DNA from: Chrysomallon squamiferum
Lineage: Eukaryota; Animalia; Mollusca
Direction of reading: 5' to 3'
Length of the DNA stretch: 64,000 bases
Assembly (NCBI GenBank): GCA_012295275.1
Contig: CM022679.1
Span: 22,196,001-22,260,000, forward strand
In this document: positions 54,260 to 64,000 of the stretch, piece after piece
Layout: every line of letters begins with the position of its first letter
How positions within the stretch are numbered: the first letter of the stretch is position 1
Translations under genes and position numbers: made by a program
Notes under the pieces: generated by a model
What the model was told of the DNA's origin: nothing
Database searches by the model: none
Seen by the model: the letters and a program-made list of their open reading frames with translations, nothing else

Positions 54260-54694
54260 CTGCTGATACTAGTACGTACTATGTTCGTAATGATTATGTA
54301 GATAATAATGTCGACGTCAGCGACAACGCTGTTACTGATAACAAAATGACAAACAATAACTTTAAAGTTAATCGTCTTTTGTGTTACTACTATTATTCTT
54401 ACTAATAGGTTTGTAATGATTACGTTCAAAATAATGACGACGCCAAGAACGCTGTTATTAAAGATAACAGACTATAATATTAAAGTTAATCGTATTTTGT
54501 ACTACTACTACTACTACTACTACTACAACAATTACTACTTATATGCTAGTAATGATTATGTTGATTATTAATAAAGACGTCAACGACTATACTACTACTG
54601 ACAAAAAGAAAACACACAAAAGCTTTAAACATAATCGTATTTTGTACAACAACTACTACTGCCAATAATTTAAAAAATAAATTTCTTATGTATA

Positions 54695-54726
<32 letters not shown>

Positions 54727-54810
54727 TGTTCGTAATGATTATGTTGATTATAATAAAGACGTCAACGACTACCCTACTACTGACAACAAACAAAAGCATT
54801 AAAATTAATT
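54260..54810. repeat. Diverged tandem repeat (4-5 variable-length units) interleaved with (TAC)n
   Basis: Recurring TATGTTCGTAATGATTATGTTGATTA..AATAAAGACGTCAACGAC... and TTAAAGTTAATCGT.TTTTGT. Confidence 0.7.
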
Positions 54811-55929
54811 GCATTTAGCACTCTCCAAGCATAAACATTTGTTTATTTTTATATTGTTTGTTGGTGTTTAACTTGCACTTTGTGCCTCCAGTAAGTCATT
54901 CTTAAATGCTCGACACAAATTACTCTTAACAATCTTAATACAAAAAGTTTTACTGCTCCAAGATAATTAAATAGTTCATGTATTATGAATCACTGATCAA
55001 ACATTCAGCTGAACGAGAAATTGTTTTTTAATGGCGAAGTAGAGTGTCTTAGAATGTGGCACTGGTTTAAACAATCTGCTGAATTCTTGTTGCGATAAAG
55101 AGGAGAAATAATCAGTAGTATAGTTAATCGCGAACTCTTGCTTTCGTTAAACTTTCATGTCATGTTCAGTTTGTTTCCGCATTCTTTTAGATGTTTAAAA
55201 CTTGCTTGAATAGTCGATTGCTATTTGAAAGAAGATTTAAGATAACATGTATACGCATTTCGTTATCGGATAAATGAAATGCTTGTAATGAAAGAATGTA
55301 TACATTTAAAGTGATAATTTTAAGATTCAGAACAGAAAAGCACTGGTGGTTAATGAAATGATTCAGATATCGGAGAATAAGTTACTAAATAAAAAAAATA
55401 AAAAAATGAATGCTTATTAAAATGAATATTTTCATAATACGATCATTACTACTACTTCTCCTGCTACTTCTGTTGCTACTTCTGTTGTTATTTTCAGTGA
55501 GATGTTTATTGAAATGATTATTTTCACAGTACGACCAGTACACGTAATGGTGGACGGTGCAATGTGCGAATGTTTGAATGTTTATAAAATGATGATTTTC
55601 ATACTCAGCTCAGCTCATCACGTATGTGGTAAAACGTCATTCTTAGAGATTTGATTATGTTATTGGAGGAACAAAAGTGAACTTCAAAAACTGCATTTAT
55701 ATATCTCTACACGTATCTGCCATTTTGTTCCACTGCAGATTCGTTATTCTGTCTTCCCAAAAGCTGGCATCGTTCTGGGTGATGAAATGATCTAAACGCT
55801 ACGAACCTTTGTGTTACAACCCAATGAATGAATTAACATTAAGTCAGGGCATCCGAGTTTGTTTTAATGTTTTACAACACAGCATATTTTATCGTTAAAA
55901 GATATTACATGTGATACGATCTGATGCTT

Positions 55930-55960
<31 letters not shown>

Positions 55961-57873
55961 GTATAATGGGAAAGAAGAATCTCGCTGCCGTTAACACATA
56001 TGTTACCATTTTTTTCGATTAACAGAATGGGATATTTTTTTTATACACTTTCACACATAAAGAAAAGGACATGTTGCTGGCTTTAGAAAAGGAATTTTAA
56101 GACCCTTGTTAGAAAGGGAAAGAAGTCCAAAAGGAAACAGAACAGTATCGATCCTGTAACCCATTACGTCTGAGTCACATGTTCTAACATCAGAATTATA
56201 TTTAAAAAGGAAAAAATAAATAAGAAAAAAAAAAGAAATTTAAATTTATTAATCAACATATACTTACATGACTCAGATACAACATTTTTAAACTAATGAT
56301 ACATATGTGTTACTGAGAAATCTGTAAGATCCTTCTTACTATAGATTCTCCACATTTTTTTCTTTTTTTTAAAAATACACAAATCAACAATAAGGCCCTA
56401 AGAAATGTGAAAGTGTAGAGATCCTATCTGACAAGTGCTATCACATAATACGGCTTTGTAACAAGTGAACTTACGTTCTCAGAGGCTGTCCTGTCTATGA
56501 GTCCATAAGCAACAACAACGTTTATAGCTTGGTGTCAGTCCCGGGAAGCAGAAAAAAAAAAACTTTTTTCGTAAACTGCCGACACGTAGAATTTTAAAAG
56601 TCACAGGAAGCAGAAATAACTGGTTGGTTTACATGTTCTGGACTGGAACACATGTCATGTTTTCTATAACGAGACGTTTTTATTATATAGAATTACCAAG
56701 CAGGACAGTAATTGTGCACATAAACCGATAATAAAGCAATTAAAAAGAGCTGGGAATAGAAAAATCGTAATTAACGCACCATGCTACTTAGAATTAATTT
56801 TATAATTATTTTTTTTTTTTTCTCCAGTTTTCTGCCTCCACTGCCGTGACCTTTAGCTTACCCCTAAACCCAGTTCTTCCAATCTCGCAGCATTAACTCT
56901 AACTAGAAATAGTCTATCGAGCGCTGAATATATAGCCTGTTATTATGCACTTAGAGCAATTATAAAAACATTTCAGCATACATTTTCTACAACTGAAAAA
57001 ATAATTTTATATGATCTCTCCCGATGTTTACAAATTGTCTTTGACAGAGAGAAAGTCAGTCTGCCGGGTTAAATAATAATTAAATATTTGAGAAAATTCT
57101 TTGTAAATTATTTTATGTTCTCAGTACTTCACTCGGTATAAATAAACTTCTTGCCTTGTTTTGCTACGAAAAGACCAGACCTGGTGGCACGTCGCTACTG
57201 AACTAAAGTGTAAATTGGAAGCATAATTAATTAATTATGTCTCGCAGCTGTGGGAACACGGCTGTTGTTTTATCGCGAATGTAGAGAAATCATTCTGTTA
57301 TTTTTTTTACTGTGTTAATAGTTCACCGCTCAGCTGAGGTTTTGCTACGTAACAAATGCGTCGTTTGGTGGCTTTAGCTCAAACCGAGGCATTGAGTGTC
57401 GCAGGATCAGTCTTTGTTAATACCGTCGTTTTGGCTGTTAACTGTTCAGACATCCCCAAAACAACGGACATCCCCACATGGATGGTCCATCATTAGCCAT
57501 TTTTATTATTTTTTAAAATGTCTTTTCCTGTCTATGAGGCTGTACCTATAAAAGTGCAGCTTATTGCTGATTGTTAAGAATAGCCGGAGAAGTGGCTACA
57601 ACGGATTTCCTCTCAAGACTTCGTTTCATCCTTATACATGACGTGTATTATATTAACATAAAATAAGCATTCGGTAAGAATCGCTATATATTTTTTGTTA
57701 ATTCATTTGCAGCAGAAAATTAACGAATGTGTGAGCAATTATACCAATATGAATCAAAATTTATGTTTAACGATATCTCATTTGATTTGATATAAAAGCT
57801 CTTGATTTTTTGTCTGGTAATGAAATAGTGTAAAGAGGTTAAACAGGAAAGAACATAACAGACACACAATAAC

Positions 57874-57935
<62 letters not shown>

Positions 57936-59168
57936 CTGTAATAGTGAAAAACAATAAACACAAGTATAATTTATTTTTGTTTTTATTTATTTATTTTTGT
58001 TTTTTACATTATCTATTTCTGTACTGACAAAAATTATTTAACAACATTTAAGTACAATAATTGTTCACTGAATAAATTAACACAAACGCTATACAACAAC
58101 GAACTTTTTATTACACGTAAACTGACACCATGCATAACTAAATATAAACTTACGTTAGTATTAAATATTATCCACTAACGAAGTATGCAACGTCGAAAAC
58201 TGCAAGAAATGATAATATTACAACATCGACTACTGCAAAAAAAAAAAAAAAATTCGAAAGATGTTGTACAACCCACGTAACAGTTTCAGTGATAAAATTA
58301 AATCCAGTAACGTCATTCTGCAGTTACAACATAAAACACCGAAATTAGGACATTACGTTTATGTCCCATTATCCACTCGCTTTGCAACTCTGTCAAGGCA
58401 GAAAGTTTTGTACTGCGAAAAAGATACTTCAGTTTTAACTGAACAGATTTTTGTAAGCAGTCACTGAGGGCAAAATTTTTCAAGATTAACGTTAATAAAG
58501 GTCAAATATCACTGGACAAAATATTCTGCACGATTTTTAAGTTCGTAATTATTTTCTCTATACTTTACTTAGAGCTACGTTTCGAAAATAATCTCGCTTA
58601 TTTTAACAGTCTCGTGGTAAAAAGAAATTACAGTGCGTTTTCTATTTCCAGCCTAATATTGATAAGTTAAACTCTGCGAACTGTGTGTTGTTCTTCGTAT
58701 TTCCTTGATTAAAGAATAATCCAAGTTTGTTTTACCTCTCGCTTTTTTTTTTTTCTTTGACACAACTTCAGAGATAATTCCATATGGTATCGCTTTATTT
58801 TGGCGTTTTGAATATTAAATTAATAGTTCAGCGAGGTTGCTATCAAAAAGAAAACAAGTAGTCTCTAACGTTGAAATAATGATATTTTTTTTCGCGTTCC
58901 GTCTTTTCTGTTTTATTTAATTCCGTGATAAGTAAGTTCAGTTGAAGTTTCTGACGTTCCAGTTTAAGAGAAAAAGTATATTATCCATGTACTTGATAAC
59001 TGTAGCATTTCATGTATAAGAAATAATCCATAAATGAAAGAAAGAAATATTAAGCAGAATAAATAGTTTTGTCACTCAGTATAATGAATAAATCCATAAG
59101 AATTTCATATGATGGGGTTTCTCATTTCGTTTATTTTAATTGTTTTTCTAAGATCTCTGTATTTCTAG

Positions 59169-59849
59169 TTACACCGAAAAGTCAAGCAGTGTGGCATACT
59201 TCGTAGAATCGCCTCCGAAATTAGCATTAAGTGAAATCTTTATATCCGTTCCACGATATTTTTCCAGAGACACGTTTCCCTCCCATACGTCGTCGCCATC
59301 GTTGTCGTTGTCGTTGTCAAGGTGCTGCCACTCTTTGTCTGCAGTGACGGCAACAGACTTGGCGTTGGGGATCCTGACTTTGAAGTGGACGTTGTTGAGC
59401 TGAGACTTGTTAATCAGCGTCAGCGGCTCAAACAGGTAACAGCCTTTCTTCCACGGAGCGTACTGCTTCGGGTACGGGTAGGACTCGGAAGGCGTCGCAT
59501 TGCAGAGAATCAGGTAGTTGAAAACACCGGGAAGTGTCTTGCTGTCGTCGCTGGCGGGCAGGGCGTACATCTGCAGTTTGTAATAGCCCGTGGTGGGCAC
59601 GTTCACGAGGAAGGTGATGACGTTGTCCTCGAACTGGTTGAAGACGTTGTCCGTGAACGACTCCAGCGTTCGGGCGTTGGTCAGATTGGCCGTGGCCTTC
59701 GTGGGCTGAGACGTTCCGATTTTGATTTCTATCTGGTTGTCGTCTGTGACGATTTCTGGGTCGTTGTGAGTAATGGTGTAGAGACCAAGTTCGTCGAATT
59801 TCGGCTGAGCGCCTAGGTAGCCTCTGGGCATTACTGGTCTCACACTCAT
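59169..59849 (-). CDS. Intronless 226-aa protein resembling the C-terminal Ig-like repeats of hillarin / kyphoscoliosis peptidase / LTD-1, without a transglutaminase-like domain
   Basis: Clean GC3-rich ORF with motifs LG..P.F..LGL...TH.DP.I, F.VNVPTTGYYKLQMYA, LPGVFNYLI, YPYPKQYAPW..GCYLFEP, FKVRIPNAKSVAV, WEGNV and YATLLDF, as recalled for the KY/hillarin C-terminal region. No polypyrimidine tract or acceptor upstream of the ATG. Confidence 0.8.
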   Translation of the reverse strand: MSVRPVMPRGYLGAQPKFDELGLYTITHNDPEIVTDDNQIEIKIGTSQPTKATANLTNARTLESFTDNVFNQFEDNVITFLVNVPTTGYYKLQMYALPASDDSKTLPGVFNYLILCNATPSESYPYPKQYAPWKKGCYLFEPLTLINKSQLNNVHFKVRIPNAKSVAVTADKEWQHLDNDNDNDGDDVWEGNVSLEKYRGTDIKISLNANFGGDSTKYATLLDFSV

Positions 59850-61153
59850 AATTTTTTTTTTTTTTTTTTTTTTTTAATAACGCTTTTCAGCCACTTGATT
59901 CTCGAACAGCCAACTAATCTACTCTCCTCTCTCTCTCTCTGGCACTGCCGTTAATTTCGTTCTGTCGTTCTAGTTCGTTTCTGCAGTTATGGAAGAGCAA
60001 CACTCGGTGAAAGGAAACGGCCCGTCTGGCTATTTTAAAGTTTGTGGAACTCTAACGCGTCAAGATGAATCATTTATGCCCGTGTACATTTAGCTGATAT
60101 TTCCAGCTGATTGCAAGAGCTTAAATTACCGAAGTTTAACTGCGCGCTTGAATTTTCCCAGTGATAACGCGAAGACGTTTGATTTGAATTGTTGACAGAG
60201 TACGGCCGTAAGATCCTCCTTCGCTCAGTCCCTGAGTGTTTAAAAACGGCGACAACGTGTGTGATAACCTATTTTTATCTCACGTGCTGAGAATTTATTT
60301 CAGTTTTAACTTACAGTGTATATCGTTTGTGTTAAATCATTTTTTCCTTTTTACGTAAAGATAATTTTAAGTGTCTTCTCGTATCTTTGGTTATTCCATT
60401 TATATTATCAAAATGCGTAAGTAACGTTGATAAAACTTATTTTTAATGAATAGTAAATCAAAGAATGTCATTAGATATTATGAATTTTTTTGAGTTAGAT
60501 ATATAGATAGATGGTCAGCCAGACAGACAGAGATACAGATAGAGACAGATGTGAAGATGTGATTATCTAATATAAATCGATTATAAACGTTTCATTTTAG
60601 AAAAAAATAAATAAATAAATAAATAAATAGATAATAAAAGAAATAAATGTAAACTTCTAGCAAGTTCTAGAATGTTATGTTCTTATCATTAAATTCCCGA
60701 CTTTACTGATGAAATGATGAATAAAATACAAAACAACTCTGTTAAAAATTATTTTATTACCATTGACATCAAAATATGTAAGAAGTCTTCAGTGTTAATC
60801 ATAGCAATTATTTTATTTTTATATTTTCTATTATTTTTGGATTTTATAATTTGTTTTATCTTATATCTGACGAAGGATAGAATGAAAAAAAAAAAAAGAA
60901 GAAAAAGATATGTATTTTACAACGCACACAATTCATTTGTAATCATCGGTTATGTGGTATATTAGACATGGTTAAAGACAGTTGTAGACAGTGAGATAAC
61001 TATGAAATACAACACACGTTGGTGTAAATCTTTTTTTAACTAGCAGTTCAAGAAAGCGAAGAGAACGTATGAAATCTTTAATGTCCAAATAACAACATAA
61101 ACAATATCTGTAATAATAATAATAATAATAAAGATAATAACAATAACAACAAC

Positions 61154-61217
<64 letters not shown>

Positions 61218-62049
61218 TGTTGTTGTTGTTGCTGTTGTTGTTATTATTATTATTATTATTAATATTATTATTGTTATGGCGTCGTCTTCATCGTTATCAT
61301 AATTATCATTGTCATCACAATATTTCAACGTCTATTAGTCTATGAGCTCGTTTTTCTATCCCGTGATTTCTGTTTTGAAAAAGAAAAGAAAAAAAGTTGA
61401 TAAATAATAGTGATAAGTGTAACAACTAAAGAAAGATAGTTTATGTGATACGGATAATAGTGTTCTACTTTTAGCTCTCTTGATCGACAGGTGTTAGCCC
61501 TTTTTATATTATTTCTTTCCTTTCTTTTTATATATACACTCCGTAAATTTAGAAATATAAATGCTTCGATCAGCAGGTTTTAGGCAAGCGCTAACCCTGT
61601 TAATTATAACATATTTTCAGACCCAGAAAGAATCTCTCAACAGTTTAATTAATTTAACACATTCCAGTTTATATTTTATATTGTTTTGCCCTCCAGTCTT
61701 AATCAGTAACGAATTTTTACAACAAATGAATACAGCTAAAAGTTCTGGGCACCGCCATTTTGCTGAAGCCGTGACGTCATTACGTACAGGATAAACCGAC
61801 TTCTCTAAATTTTCTTTTCGAGTTGATGACCTTACGACTTCTGTTGCGAAGGAGTAAAATGGTAGATATTTTTCGGTAGCATTATTTTATTGTTATGATT
61901 TGTTGTAAGTGATGACAGGTCGTCCAAAAACAATGAAATAATAACTTGGAATGCTGAAAGGTTAGACGTTTCTTTCAGGTACATTCAGTACTTCTAAAAC
62001 TTTCACAGATTTCACAGCCGGTCAGTTTGGTTTTTTAAAATTAATTAAT

Positions 62050-62160
<111 letters not shown>

Positions 62161-62223
62161 ATGTATGGGTTTGTGTGTATCTGTAGGTCGTTATCTGTGT
62201 TTGTGTGTGTGAGTTTGTTAGTA

Positions 62224-62281
<58 letters not shown>

Positions 62282-62856
62282 AAGCTCGTGCCCTTGCTTG
62301 CACTGAAACCTTTATAAATCTTCATTAAAACTTACCTCATCCTCTTTATTATTTATTATTTCCGAGAACAAAATCAGACAAGCCTGGTTAAAACGAAATT
62401 AACTCCGTTCACGTGAGCGCATCTTTCGGTGGCTAAATAAATCGTCTGCCAAATGTTCGTTATGAACTAAAGAATAATTACTTCAAGAACGGATCTGATG
62501 ATATGGTGGGGAGGTAAAATCGACGCCCTTCTGCTGTTTTCCTCACAAGTATTTTTTTTTTTTCTTAATAAAAATATAAACATGCTCCCCTCATTTGTGT
62601 TTAAGGGTAAAAATAACTTAACAGCAGTGACTCCTCTTTTCTGACTATGGCTCCGCCCCTAGTCTCTGCATAACTAGAGCCCGTGCCGTATAAATAGAAT
62701 CAACATGTTTAGAGAAGATGTCTAATTTATCTTAAGTCCTTAATCGGTTGGTGTCTTCAAAGACTAATAAATGCTTCGCTGTTATCTCCACCATCATCGC
62801 CTCTTGTAAATCAGTTTAATAAGTTCACCAAGTAGCTGAACTGACTTGAAGAGTGG

Positions 62857-62983
<127 letters not shown>

Positions 62984-64000
62984 ACAAATTATATACTAAA
63001 TGTTACATTTATTTCTGTTGTTGCTACCTTTAAACTATACCACCACCACCACTACCGCTATAACTACTGCTACTCCTATTACTGCTACTATTACTACTAC
63101 TGTTACTAATATTACTACTACTACTGCTGTTGCTGCTATTACTCAGCAAGAACAAATTACTGCTACCATTATTAATGCGCCCCACTATCTTTTATTACAA
63201 ACACGCACTCGTGCTTACATACGCACACACGCACACACGCACACACAAATACACTTATATTTATATATATATATATATATAGTGTTTACTTCCAACAAAC
63301 ACAAAAGACCACGCTTAGACTTGACGTCTGAAAACCCATTAAATCCCAGAAAAATAAATTTAGCACGATTATGACAATAATATTTTCTGTTATCTTTGAT
63401 CTTTTGGACTACCACAACACGAAGATCTTTCAGCTGTGTCGTTTACGTCATTTGGACTGTATTTGATCATGTACGCATCTTCTTAGTGGTGGCGGTTAAT
63501 TAGGGTGTCGTTTCAAGACTCAGTTAATAAATCTATTTATGTCACCTTTTCTATCAGATCTGTGTAACTGATACTTCTTTGTTGTCATGTGTAGGTAACT
63601 ATTTTCTGAGGCAAGATGTAGAAGTGGTAATGTTATTGAGAACAAAGGACTGGTGTCGAAATATAAGTGATTTTTATAACTAGAATTTTCTTTTCAAAAC
63701 AAAAACAAAGACGTTTTTACGATGGCTACTGCTATGTTGTTGTAGTATTTTCTGAGATAAATGTAATGGGTATTCTTACATGCAAATAGATGATGCAGAT
63801 TCTTAAATAATAAGAAAAAGGTATATGTTAATACGAACTATAAGAGAAATCATGTAATGGTATTTCTTATTTTAATAGCGTCATTTCTTTTGAAGCAAAT
63901 TGAAAAGGTTTTATTATGAAATTTAATCATATACCTGATGCAGATTTTCGAAATTAAAGTGATTATAAGCAAGGCCATATATTATTAATTACCGAACTGA

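Overview
AT-rich, microsatellite-dense, intron-rich animal genomic DNA; the gene families and repeats suggest a mollusc, possibly a gastropod (inference). Walking GT-AG splice sites by hand gives three complete multi-exon genes: USP39 (minus, 14 coding exons, ~531 aa), a C2orf68/UPF0561 homolog that the ORF track misses (plus, 4 exons, 132 aa, head-to-head with USP39), and a PIWIL2/Ago3-type Piwi (minus, 20 coding exons, 948 aa, intact DEDH tetrad). Also present: the first coding exon of an unidentified gene that leaves the window on the left, an SMB-like/Methuselah-type family-B GPCR broken by three single-base indels, and an intronless 226-aa protein made only of hillarin/KY-type C-terminal domains. 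Repeats include a hAT MITE with a perfect 8-bp TSD, a Tigger-like MITE, a degenerate SINE-like family and several minisatellites. Best leads: the USP39/C2orf68 divergent pair (as recalled for human 2p11.2), three stacked GTAAGT donors after Piwi exon 6, a TAATG-coupled uORF on USP39, and the frameshifted GPCR. I found no convincing new multi-gene system; most ORF-track entries are microsatellite artefacts.
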